Shown in pieces: positions 37,241-50,217 of a stretch of 64,000 nt of DNA. The notes beneath the pieces were generated by a model that was not told the DNA's origin, ran no database searches, and saw nothing but the letters and a program-made list of their open reading frames with translations. The stretch is taken from contig NMRA01000126.1 in NCBI GenBank assembly GCA_002633005.1, positions 481,883-545,882 on the forward strand, in the 5' to 3' direction. This DNA is from Phoronis australis (taxonomy: Eukaryota; Animalia; Phoronida). Both the position numbers and the translations under genes were made by a program. Within the stretch, counting starts at the first letter, position 1, and each line of letters opens with the position of its first letter.

Positions 37241-40200
37241 AGAAAGCTATCGCTTGATTGCCATTGCTGCAGAAAACAGTGAGAGATATGACTACAAACC
37301 ACTCTGAAACTTGTTTGCAAAATTGCTTTTGTTGACGAAGAAATTGACCGACTTTTCGAAACAAGAAGTCAAACTGAGTTTGCTAAATTTCTCTTTTTGC
37401 TACATGTTCAGTGCCACGTATCATTCACATCTGGCGTCAGACTTGAACTGGACTTTTGTTTGGATAGAACTCAAGTACTGTAAAATGTCTTTAAACTTCG
37501 GGTGGGGATAATTAACAAAATTGACTTTTTCATTTTTCGTGGGCTTCTGCACTTGGTGTGAATGCCCATAGCTTTTCAAGTATTGTTTGATGGTAACTTA
37601 CGAACCAGAACCAAAAAAGTGAGAGAGCATTAATTTGGTGTTAACATATATCTTTTTTATGAAGAAATGAGAATAAAACATTACTTTTCGCCATATTGTG
37701 TCCTCCGTGAAATTTTCCTTTTGCCAGTTTTATTTCAACTTTGAATTCTATGAAATATTGCTTTTAAATAAATCAATTGTTATCAGGGTATGAGGTAAAC
37801 AACTTGTTGAATTTTTATTTGAAGTGTTTGATATTAGACTACATACTAACAAGATTTTTACAATGACTTTTCAATGAAAATTACCAACAGTCACTTTAAT
37901 TATTTTGACATTTCTTAGTTATGTAATATCTCACTAATTTTAGGCAAAAATATTTGCCAAAATGACCTTTTTCATTTTGTGAATGGCCCCAATTTTTCAG
38001 AACTTTGTTTGATGGTAACTTTCAATTGGGGCATATCAAAAGCATTTATTTTTGGTACTTTATAAAATACCTAGAAAATGATAAAATAAAATTTCACTTG
38101 TCTGCCATGTTGTCCTAATTAGGAGAGATTTTAGGATATATAGAAGAGTTATAAGAATGAACTTAGATTTGTTTTAACATCTGGCTTCGCCATGCTGGAG
38201 CCAGCTGATGTTGATCAGGTAGGCGTCAGATTGTCACCCACGCAACTCTAGGTTGGCTGGAATATGTTTGGAAAGTAAAACAATGTGCGGAGATAACTGA
38301 AGCCAAGTCTAGGGAAAAAAGCTTATGACATCCTGTCATGACTCATTCGAAACCATGTTCCCAGGCCTTAGAAGGATGTTACTGTGACAATCACTTCAAA
38401 ATGTTATCAGATAACATGTTGGTATTACCTGTTTCAAGTTAGTCACAATCAATTTACTATGCTTTTACTGACATTGTCGCTGAGTAAATTTAGCTCACAC
38501 TTGGTTTTCAAATTTTCAAATGTTTTTCTTGGTTGACGAAAACCTAAGTTACTCCAAAACTCTAGGTATTGGTTCAGCTGCAGGTTATGTCTCACATTTG
38601 GATATCAATTGAATTACTCATTATAAGATATTTTGGTTGTCAGTTATCGCTGGTGTGGTTACCTTTAAAAGTAAGCTTATTCTCAGATGGGTAATTTATA
38701 ATTACAAAGCCCAAGTGAGAATGTTGACTTGGTTTTTTATCTTATCAGTGGTGACATAAACTAGCTGTAATGGCCGGCAACAAGATTCTCGTGCTTCTAA
38801 GTAATTTAGGTTTCAAAAGTGGCTGAGTTTACTAAGGTTTTATTATAGAAATCCTAAACTAATTGCACAATTTTTCTGCTGTAAAATTATAGTATCTAAT
38901 AATCACTTTGCTCCAATACCATTTTAATCATTTAGTTTTCACAGAAATAAATTAAACAAAAACACCGAGTTAAGTGATTTTTCATATTTTGCAAACAACA
39001 TTTTTACTTTTTCAAACTCAAATCAATCTCATTACTGAAAATCACATTATGTTTCCACTCTCCAAAAAAAACTTTGAAGATAGAATTGCTGACTCCAAGT
39101 TGATTAAGTGTAAAGTACTTGATATTAAATATAGCCGTGCAATATTTCAAGAAAACTTAGAAATATCAAGGATTTAAAACCAGAAGTATTATAATATATA
39201 GCATAGTAAACAAACCATGAAAGCCAAAATTGAATTTTTTTTATGAAATTTGCATGCTTATTTATAACGCAAGTTCAATCAATTGAATTGTAATCCAAAA
39301 AGGTTTGCATTGTACATCAAACATTTTCCAGTGTCAGAATACTTATCAGAGCCAAACAACAACCCTCATTGGAAACTAAACTTTTAACTTACATAGCCAA
39401 TGTCCATAAATAACTCGTAAAAATCTCTTTGTTTCTACAACAAAGAGCTTTTACAATATTTAATCATGAAGATAAAACATAATCTTTTCATTAGAAAGCC
39501 AGAGAAAACATAAGCCTGTAAAACCTTATCTCCAACTTTCATAACAGCATTCCAGTTTTTCCAGCACTTGTAAATCCCAGTGTTTGACGATCTTCTTGAT
39601 TGCCACGGACAAACCAATCTCGCTAGTTGCACGTCTGTTTGACTAAGCAAGGAAACGAGGCCGCTTTCTTTAATTTCAATCAGATTTTGGTACACAAAGG
39701 GGCAGGAAGTAATTTTTCCAATGTTTATCCAAATTGACGTAGAAAAATTCATGCCATAGGCTTTCTATGATTTGCTTCTCACGACGCTGAAATCGCATCT
39801 TCGCATATAGGTGAATTTGCCTTGAGAGTGCAAACTGAAACTAATTACCTTTGGACCATTTGAAAGAGACCCAGAATATGCCTTTATACAATTAAAATTC
39901 TTTTTATGGCTTTTTGTTAATCGATACATTGTGTAAGTACATTTTTATTGAAAAGTTGCTGAAATTGGAGAATTAATGAAAATGGGGTTTATGGTGTATG
40001 AAATCATTCAAAGAACACAGTTTCTTGTTGCATAACAGTCTGTTAAATAAAAAAGCATAATTTAAAGAAATACATTTTTGTATAACAGTTACGGTTTGGA
40101 AACCAGTTAAGTTAATTGAACTTTTTAGAGGTAGGAATTTAAGTTTATCTAATAAACAATTTTATTACTACTGACACCAAATCTTCTTTTTCCCATAAGA

Positions 40201-40421
40201 ATTCAATAAGTCGGACAAAATTTGATGGATGTTTCTGTGCTTTTAAGTGAATTATGTTTTATTTTTCTACCTGATCTGTCATGCCTTAGACAATATCAAT
40301 GGAAGTGCAGACATCCAACCGTAGAGATTAGATTAGTTAAAGGGACATCATTGGGAAGAAAAGTGATTTTCCATGGCGCAGAATCAAACCTGTATCCCCG
40401 TGGTCACAGTCAAATGCCCAG

Positions 40422-40517
40422 CTGGTGGAACTTAACCTCTCTATAATGGACAGGGTATTTAAGCAATGTCCGGCTGGCAGAGCTGAACCTCTCTATAATG
40501 GACAGGGTATTTTAAGC
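40422..40517. repeat. Short tandem duplication (period about 52 bp)
   Basis: AACCTCTCTATAATGGACAGGGTATTT occurs twice in tandem. Confidence 0.85.
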
Positions 40518-42423
40518 TTATTTGCTTTGATTTCAGCAAATGTCTGGTAGACAATGGACATAATTGATAATTTGTAGTAAAATCACAAAAACAAGGAATT
40601 TTGTTGTTTTATAACTTTGGTCAAAGCTAATTAATTGAAAAATTCTTTTTTATCCGATCATAATCCCAAATGTGTTTTTCAGCCATATATGAATAAAGTC
40701 CCTTTATTGGACTCCTTTTAAATACATATTGCTGAAGTTTAAGTACTTACATGGTTTTAATATTTTAGAATAAAAAGAAAAAACTGATTGACTTCATTTT
40801 TGCAAAAACTTATCACTGCATAGATAACTACCAAATATTTTATGCTTTGTTATTATTTATTTTGAAACTGCAGTGAAAGTAAGAGTCTTTATCTTATCAC
40901 CAACGCAAATTATGTCTTACCTGCGTCAGCGTGGTTGACTCGGTTTAGATTTGCTTTGCTCATAATTGACACCATGGCGTCTTATGAAGTATTAAACACA
41001 ACCCTGTCACAAACTTGAACTTCACCACAGCACACGATGGTGTCTCTCCAGCAAATGACTCAGCCTCTATGATATTATTTGAGAAAATGAAGCCGCGAAA
41101 CCCTCAGCGCAGAGCATATGGCGTTATCACTGAGTAAACTTGAACTTTGGATAGTGAGAGAGCGATCTCCATTGGCTGACCCATTGTTTTCACTTGCAGC
41201 ATATAGTTGATAAGACTGTTTCGCGGTTCGTGCTTACGGGAAATACGCTGGTTGTCAAATATGGCTCAGAAGTGTTATCGCTTGTTGGAAAATACAGAAT
41301 CTTTTTTTTTGTACGCTGTGAAAGGCCTTAGTGAGGTTTTACTGTCACTGCGGCTGGTTTCGGACAGGATAAATTCTTGCTTAAACGTTCTTATCTAGCC
41401 GTGGGATTCACTCAAAGCTAAATTCTGTTTACACATTCTGTGATATGGTTCACCAAAATGCTTGTTCCTTGTTTGTGCATAGTTTATTGGGTTAGTCAAG
41501 TGAGTTATGGCAGCTGGATTTGCAGTGCTTTCATTGTCCATCTGACTACTTACTTCTCATTTTTCTTATTATATTTTTTGTATTACTCAATATGCCTAGT
41601 TTTTTCCTTTTCAGTGTTTCCAGTTCCTGTTCAATTTTGCATAATCAAAATTTTTAGCCTCTTTGGTAGCCAGTGTAAAATAATATTTGCCCATCAAAAT
41701 TGTTCATCCACAAATCATTCGTATTAGAAAGTATTTGTCAAATTCCTTAAAGAAATCAACCCTGAGACAAAAAATAGAATTGTGACAGTATGAACCTTAT
41801 GATTTCTGTTCTCATCTGAAAGCTGGGCTGCTCTTTTTAGTTTGAGAACCCATATTTGAATTTCCTCTAACTTTCAATTTTTTCCTGAACGTACCCATTT
41901 TTGTGGTCACGTGACCAATTTTTATGTGTTTTGCTAATTATTGTAGTAAATAAGATAATTATGGGTATTTCACTATGTTATCACATTTGCACAGTCGCAG
42001 AAGCCTAAACTATCCCAAAATGTCGTTTAATTCATGGCACAGCATGGACCTTTTGGGGTCAAAGGTCAACTCCTGCATACCCTAGTGCCTGCACCCAACA
42101 CAAAATGTTTAGTTATGTCAAAAGTTTTCAATCAAATATTAAAATAATTTCAGAAGAACAAATATGTGCTACATCATTCTCTGAAACTAAAAAAAATGCT
42201 ACAGTGAATCAAAAAATTGATAATTATACCTGCATGAACCATGATGCAACTTTATTTAATGCCTCTGCAAAATTTTAAATTAAGACATGAGTTAAAAACC
42301 TAGATGAAATGCCAATCACTTATATGGACCAGTGTCTGATAATTTTGCTAGCCTCAAATATCCCTAAAATTTAACCTAATTTAATGTTTGCCTTCGTGCT
42401 GCACCACTGCAGGTCTGTCTTGA

Positions 42424-42875
42424 AGCACTTTCGGCATACTGACTTAACTCTGGTCTGAGCAGAGCCTCGAAATAAACAGCGAAGTTAACTGAACCGTTCA
42501 TACCGGCTTTGGTAGTTAACAGACATCGAAGTAAATAGTAGGTGACGCTGTTGTCATCGAAGTAAATTGCAAGGTAGCGCTGATGCATCGTGTGCAGATT
42601 AAGATTTTTTATTGTGACAATTTGGGAACATTGACCTAAAACACTTCTAATTGGATTGGTAATTATTCAAGCAATATGGAAGCAACTATTAGCAACGACA
42701 CTGCCCTTTAATTGTTGACAATAACAGTGGCCCCTGGCGATAACTTCGATGGGACCGTTCATGCCGCACCACAGCGTCGACGCTCCGCTGTTGAATCCAC
42801 TTACGTACTGAAAAAGTTAACTGGCACTGTTAACTTCGATCTGAAGTTAGCCATTCATATTGAGCGCAACTCCCC
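42424..42875 (+). mobile_element. About 450-bp MITE (Harbinger-like termini), copy 1
   Basis: Colinear diverged homology to 54443-54905 (reverse) and 52969-53165, including the shared CTGCCCTTTAATTGTTGAC core. Superfamily is tentative. Confidence 0.7.
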
Positions 42876-45800
42876 AAAACATTGACGCGTCCACGTTTAG
42901 TATTAAAGTGCCTTTGGATCAAACTGTTAATGTCATAAATCGATGCTGTCAACTAAACCATGCTGCACCATTTGCCTGGTGAACACTGTGTTACCAGATA
43001 CTGAAGTCATGTTCCTAATACTTTTAAAACATCATATTTATTATCAACATGGACATGCATCAAAACCATCAGCTACATGGCCCAGACAATAAGTCTGTGC
43101 AAGCTTAGGGTGAGTCCTAATTTAACAAACAAATAATTAAAATGCATATTTATTACAATGATGATTAGTAATGGTTTAAACTCTGCTTCACATCTTACCG
43201 GTACATCTAGTTTACTAGTGGCTTTGTATTCTACTTAACATATAAAATAGTTTTCCTGAGTTCCAGCAGACATCAAATACAAAATTTTTATCAATCTCAT
43301 TCTCATCTTTATTTTTTGTCATCTTTGAAGAGAAATGAGGATTTTAGGAGGTTCTAAATAGGTTGAAAAGTTAACATCCTAGTGTGCATACCCAACACAG
43401 GCCTACCTGAGGTGATAATTTTGTGCAAAAGGCAAATCAAGAGAAAGGGGGGTCCAGACCTCCTTGACCCCTTGGATCCGCCTGTGCTCAACTTATAAGT
43501 TGTCTGACAAAAAATATTGAAGATATGTTCAATAAACGTACAGACGTGTGTTGTACTTCACACACAGTGTCTATACAAAAATTCAAAATGTCTGCCTACG
43601 TGCATCGCACCCCTTTAAAAGGAATTTTTCCAGACCCGCTAAAAGATAAGACATAAGTTGTAACATTCACTGAATGACACCAATGAGACCTAACAATTGA
43701 TGTATTGATTATTTTCGTAGTATGATTTTTTTTTCTCACAGCTTATCAAAATCTTCTCTGATTGTACCTCTGTCAATAGCCCATTTGAATTTATCTTCAT
43801 TTTACATCACACAATTTTATTCAATTTTGATGTAGTATGATGGAAGTTATTTGTATTATTCTCTGAATAATCCACTGAAATTCTGTACGAAAATAGTCCT
43901 CAAAAAATTTCAGAAACATTGTTTTTTAAATTGTCACCATTTCTGGTTAGAGTGTATTTTCTTTGAACCTTGTCTCTATTGAAGGTTTCTTTAACAAATT
44001 ATCATCATCCTCAGAAACAGGCATGATTAGCTGGATTAAGCAATTGTCTGTAGACACCTGTTGTTGTACCAGGTTTCTTTGTTTGACATGCCAAGTACCT
44101 CCCTTAATCTGATGGCATTCTTTATCAGTAAATAAGACATTTGACAGGACTTTTGGTTGTCACAAGGACGATTTTGAAAGGGACAAATACAGTCCTGGCT
44201 ATCATACCAACTTCCTGAAAGATAGTGAAATCCTGTTGATGACATTTTTACTAGTGTGCCCTCATTCTAGGGTACGGTGTGCAAGTTGATATATTTTTGC
44301 AGATGTTTGTTGCATTGTGTGCAAACTATTTTTTTGTAAATTAACCTTCAGAATGTCTGAAATTTTGCAGTAGTAACTCCACCTTGTGGCATGTGATCAG
44401 ACTCTTCTCTGACTTGCAAACAATCATGACAAGTTCAGCAATGATGTCGTTTACTCTATGGTCAAATTATAGGAATATTTTCAACACTTTTGAAGACACT
44501 TCTTACCAGGGCAAAAACAATTTTATGTGATATGCTGTCTGATTTGAAAGTTTCTGTTTTGTTGCCAAAAATTAGAAAGAACAGGTTTTTGCACTTTTAA
44601 ATAGCACATAAACTGTTACTAAATATGACTGAGGTTTGGCATTTCTTTAATTTATAGTAAGAATAATGTGAGTTGTATTGAATTTACTAATTCTCTTTGA
44701 AGCTTTGTGTTAACTTGCCATAAATAAATTGCTTCATTCAGCTCTTATCATGGTAAATATTATACTAAAATAAAAGGGTTTGCCTTTGCTTTGCTTTAGT
44801 TTTCATATATGCTGAATCTGTTTGAAAGCAGTGAATTGAAGGTTGCCAGGCAGGTAAATATCGTTAATTACAGCATACCTTGGCTAGGTGTTTACAGCTG
44901 ATTATAACAAGCCTTTAATCACTATCTTGGAAACCATAAAGGCAATGTGTCGATAGCTTAGTTTTCACTTTAATCTGTGAGAGTTGCCAAGCAAGTGAAA
45001 AGTTTGCCAAACAGTCATAAAAAATTTATTTGCGATTTCGGCGCCGTATTTCATCGGTGGAGTTTTAGAAACGCCAACACAGTTTAAACCTAGGAGTTTA
45101 AGAAGTGTCCATGAGTCATGATGAATGGATTTTAAACTGTTCACACAAACAAAATTAGGGCTTAGAGCGGATGCCTTGTGCCACTTCCATTTTAGCACAT
45201 TCTGTCTCGGGAAGATTAGAATTGAATTCTTATTGGATGATTTCATAAATGAAATAAAGTTCACCTGTCATTTTTATAGTCATACCTTAACTTTTGCAAA
45301 AGAAATTGTAACTAAAAGTATAAAGTTATCCTTCATCATTTCAAAAAATGAAGATTTTATTGCAACCACTTAAATTAAGGTGTAATAAATGTTGTGAAAA
45401 CTGTAAATCACGTTGCGGATAAGAAAGCATAACCAATTGGTGGCAATTCAAGTTCGTCATAAACTACCAGCGTCATTTGACGTTGGTCAGGTCTACCTTC
45501 TTTGAAGAATCTCTGCCCTCTGGGGGGGTGTCTCTTATCGATGTTCGATAAGTCTTTTTCGTAAGCAACAGCTTGTAGTGCGAATTTGTAATTTCACAGC
45601 TCTGAAATTCGTGACGTCACATTTGTCAGCTCTAAATCATGTCTCAACTGTTTAAATAAGCCGTAATTTTGTTCCTGACATTATGATACCAGATGACGTA
45701 ATTTTAAGTTACATGAATTTCAAATTATTTTAAAGGTGAATACTTAGTATTGTGTTTGTTTTAATGAAGACAATTCTTCAAGTTCTGGGCCCTTTCATAA

Positions 45801-47043
45801 GCCTTGCTAAAATCAAGTTCTTGGAAAAATTATTGACCCGCTCTTAGTATGGGTCTGACAATAAAAGTGTATGCAAAAATGCCAGCAATTTTGGGCAAAC
45901 TCAAACAGCAAAGCATCAGCTTAAGGGACACTTGCAACCAGTCTGGCGTTTTTTGCTGCTAACGACACTGCTAGCGAAATTGCCACCATTTTAGCCAATG
46001 CTCGAATGTTGTATAAATTGCATTGTTGTTGTTTATTTTACATACAACTTGACGCAACTGCTTCGACAACACCCCCTTGTGGCCGATGTGTTATCTACTA
46101 GCTATGTTATACCCATGCCTGTGTTCTAAAAACAGCCCTCTTTACAATGTTTTTATTGCACTTGAGTAAAAAGTCCTTTCTCAGACCTTTGGAAACTGAT
46201 AGAGCATTCAGTACAGTTCACCTATAAGTGTTAATGGGCAATAGACTAATCAAGTGTCCATAAAACCATGGTGCACTTTCTGAGGACGTCTGCAGTTGAC
46301 ACACTTATTATGGCATATTTTTTATTTATCTGTTAGTATTTATTTAATTTATATTGAATGAAAAAGCTGCTCTTTGCTTATAATACTATGTTAAAACTCC
46401 AGGTAGAATAATCACCTATTGATGCAAGTTCAAGTTTGTGGATGTCAGTTCAAAATCCTTAAACTCAAGACTGTATTTTATCTGATTTTAACTAAAATTT
46501 AAGCTCACAGCATTGAAAGAATATTCATCTAAATAAGAAGTTGGTTTAAAGGTTTTGATAAAAAAGGCAGTTTATGTGAAAAACATTGTTATTGATATGG
46601 TTTTAAGTTTCAGTAAACATGGTCCACTTGTTATCAGGTTATTGGGTGGGTTTCATTGACAGTAGAGCCAATAGACTGTCATAAATTTCAGCTGATTGGA
46701 TCAATAATAAATTGACAGGCTATTCATTTGCATAACTTGACAGTTAGACTTAATTTTATTCCTTGACATTAACCTGACAGGGGGATTGTGGTACTTGAGC
46801 TTCACATTATATAGTGGTTGGCTAGGTTTTGTTGATGCTCGAGAACCTACATTTATTATATTTTTTCTCTGTAATTTAACCTGGAACATTCTATTTTCAA
46901 AAAAACTAAGTACAAACTAGGTGTGCCTCAGATATTTTAAATTTCTTAGTAAGCAAAAACTAGGTGCTTCTACCCAATTAATTATTTTTCACAATATTGA
47001 ATGTATTATCAGTTGATATTGCTGTAACTTTGACTCATTGTTT

Positions 47044-47112
47044 GTATGTCTGTCTGCCTGTTTGTCTGCCTGTCTGTCTGTCTGTCTGCCTGCCTGCCTG
47101 TCTCTGCCTGTG
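47044..47112. repeat. (TCTG/CCTG)n compound microsatellite
   Basis: Visible tetranucleotide run. It explains the CLPV-repeat pseudo-ORF at 46997. Confidence 0.9.
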
Positions 47113-47414
47113 TCTCCTTGCCTATGTCACCCTAAGCTCTCATGAGTGGCGAAAATGCTATCAGTTTTCAGTGGTGAAAGCGTTTTAGCACTCTCTTGGT
47201 ACAGTGGTAACTAATTCCATAATGTACGCGACTGATGATAGTGTTTTGCTGGTGGTCTGCTGATGGGAATTAGAATTCATGAATCTTTGGTTGTCAGTGA
47301 GTAACATGTGCTGCCACCTACATGTCTGTCCCACATGTTTGGTTGCTAGCCTAAATAACATCAGATACTGGTGAAGAAAAGAACATATTCCCAACACATA
47401 ATGAACTTATAGTG

Positions 47415-48130
47415 TTTATATGCACCCACATATAAATGACATTATCATGTGGGTGCATATTGCTGTCATCTCTGTCTCGGCATCCAGCGTCTAGTGTTGT
47501 ATCTCTTAAGTCCCTGGCAGGATCTCATCAAGATTTGGCAGATATGATCCTATGAAGCTGTCAACAGATGGCAACAAATTTTGTACCAATTTGATTACCA
47601 CTATGCCCCCTAGTGGCAATCTATTTTTTATGTTTATGTCCATATCTTCAGAGATCCTTGATGGATGTTCATGAAGTTTGGCAAATAGGTTCTTGTTAAG
47701 ATGATGATGCTTTTCCATTTTTGGATAGACTATTTATTTTGCACCACCTGGTGGCTGGTTTAAAAAAATTTAGAGTTCATTTTTGACAACTCGCTCTATT
47801 TGTTAAACCACTATTGGCAGATGTGTTCTTGACGAGATCGCTGCTGATGGTGATGGGTTCGACCGCCTAGTAGCGAATTTATTCTATTTTGCATTTTTTT
47901 CGCAGTATCTCCTAAACCCTGTGCAGGATCTCATTATTGACTGGTGTGTTCCAATGATGCTAACAAAAGATGACGACGAGTTTTGAGCCGCTCCACCTGC
48001 CGCTGTGCCTCCTGTGGATCTTTGGAGATCATCAATTGATTTTTATAAAGTGCGGCAAATAGATTTCTGTTAAAGACACAACGATGCCCTTCCATTTTCA
48101 GACAGATTCTACGTTTTCTACTAGGCCACT
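47415..48130 (+). mobile_element. Third HINE-like copy
   Basis: 14-bp hairpin ATATGCACCCACAT/ATGTGGGTGCATAT (47418-47460), then TGCTGTCATCTCTGTCTC and CAGGATCT...CCCCCTAGTGGC units colinear with 7014-7320. 3' boundary approximate. Confidence 0.7.
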
Positions 48131-50057
48131 AGGTGAGTCTGAGGTGTCGGGCTCTTTATGCTTTACTTTCCTTGCACGTCAGTTTCAAAGGGCCTATTGT
48201 GTGTGAATGACAGTCATGATTTACAACCATATGCAAAATTCCTAGCCAGTGTGTGGACTAGTTCATACTGCAGCCAAGCCCAAAATGCTGGGCACCTTTC
48301 ACATTCTCTACTTGTAATTTCGCTACTATCGAAAGCGCTAGCAAAAATCTTAGTGTTTTGCCAGTTTTTGAAGGGAATACTTGTCTGCTTGTGTTTGTTT
48401 TTTATTTATATTCACTGAAATTAAATTGCTGTCAGCAAATTACAACACTTGGAAAAAACTTAACATCATAATGCTGTTGTAGCTGTAGTGTCCTGCTTAA
48501 TGAAATCATGTATCCCAGTGGAAATATTTAGCTTCAGTTTTTGGTGAAAATGCAGCCAAGATGCCTACCCAATCATAGGACTTTATTAATAAAACTCCCA
48601 TGGTATTTAAAACTTGATTAGAAAGGTTTGACATCCTGAAATTTTGTTTTTGGAAATTTGGCATTTCAGGGTTGCACTTAAAAAAATCGAACCAGTTGTT
48701 AAGTCCAGTTAGACTTTTCAGGCCTAAATCTTTTTTCATCACATTTGTATATATTGCCACTTAGAAGCTTGGCTCATTTCACAGCACGTTGTCCTTCATC
48801 AATAGATTTATCATCAAGAAGCTTGTTTATCAGGTCCACTGGTCTAAGTTCCTTTTTTGTAGAGTAGAGCAGAGCACAATTAATGATGACTTCACCGCAA
48901 TAAAGCACCAGTTAAATGAACTTAATTGATAAAGCATGGTCATTTTTTTAACTGTTTGGTTTCTCAAATTGAATTCTCATTGGAAACTTAGGTTAAGACC
49001 AATTCTTGCCCTTAGATATACAATGAAAATTAGCCAAAATAGATGCGTTAGGCTTCAGTTCTCTGGTACCCATTTTAGTAACTCTTTAAATTGTGTTCGG
49101 TTGAATTGGCCTACAGTCATCATGTCAGATGCAGGAAAGCTGAGCAAAGGATTAGATTGATATCTAGATTTGGCGTCTATTTGGAAACTACTGTCGTCTG
49201 GAGTTGAAACCATTCAAGAGATTCTTGTAATACTGAAGTTCCTGACAGATTGAATGGCAGTGTTCTCTATCTTATTTCGCAAATGGCGCGTTTATAATCT
49301 TTTTGCACTCAGGCTTATAGGACTTTTGAAACTGAAAATAATTTTTTTTCAAACTTATCTCTGGATTATAGACTTAAAAAGGGTCACAAGACATAAAGAA
49401 ATCAGAGAACTGGCATGTGGATGGAAGTGACTGACATTCAAGTAACTTTAGCGACCATTCTCAGTTATCGCCGTTTTCACTAATTTCAAACTGTGTGAAG
49501 GGTCTTGATGCTATCGTCTGCTTTTGGTGCCATGAAAGGGGTTATCTCATAAAACAAAATTCTGATCTTTAAAACATGACGAAACAACCAACAGTTGAAA
49601 TATCACCAAGGTGGGACTTTAAGTTTAAGGTGTGCCAATTGTTTCCCACTTTTCCTGATAAGAAAAATAATGCCAAAAATAATTTCTGGTTCCAGATGTT
49701 CTTACCTTGTATTTGTCTCGCTTGTCCTGACAACCATGATCCATACACGGAATTGCAACTAGCATTTATCAATGTTTCATACACGAGTGTCATCAGCAAT
49801 TCATGCTTCAAACTTATAAAAAGACACAGAAGACATGGAGTGATAGCAAACGTCACACTATAGAAAACTTACTTTACCATATGAGAGTCCTTGTGCACAT
49901 TACCGTGGGATATATTGGTGATTTTCAACTTAGTTATGTTTCTAAGAGAACATGACCAAATGAAGAGAGGTGTCTAAAAACGAAAATCACAAAACTTTTT
50001 ACCAAAGCAGGATCAGTGGCGCAGCTTATTTTACGCACTTTTTTTAACGAACTATTT

Positions 50058-50217
50058 CAGTGGCGGATTTAAATGGGGTCCAAGGGGGCCATGCCCTCCC
50101 ACCAAATTCTCACAGGTTACATTTGGCAGTTTGGGGGTGCAAATGCCTGATAGGCAAAGTCTTGGCTAATGCTCTGCCCTGGCCCCCTCCCAACTCAAAA
50201 TCCTGGATCCACCCCTG
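50058..50217. mobile_element. 160-bp MITE with CAGTGGCGGAT.../...GGATCCACCCCTG termini and TATTT direct repeats
   Basis: Imperfect TIRs, with TATTT at 50053-50057 and 50218-50222. Related ends occur at 26641, about 43445-43484 and about 50345-50865. Confidence 0.65.
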
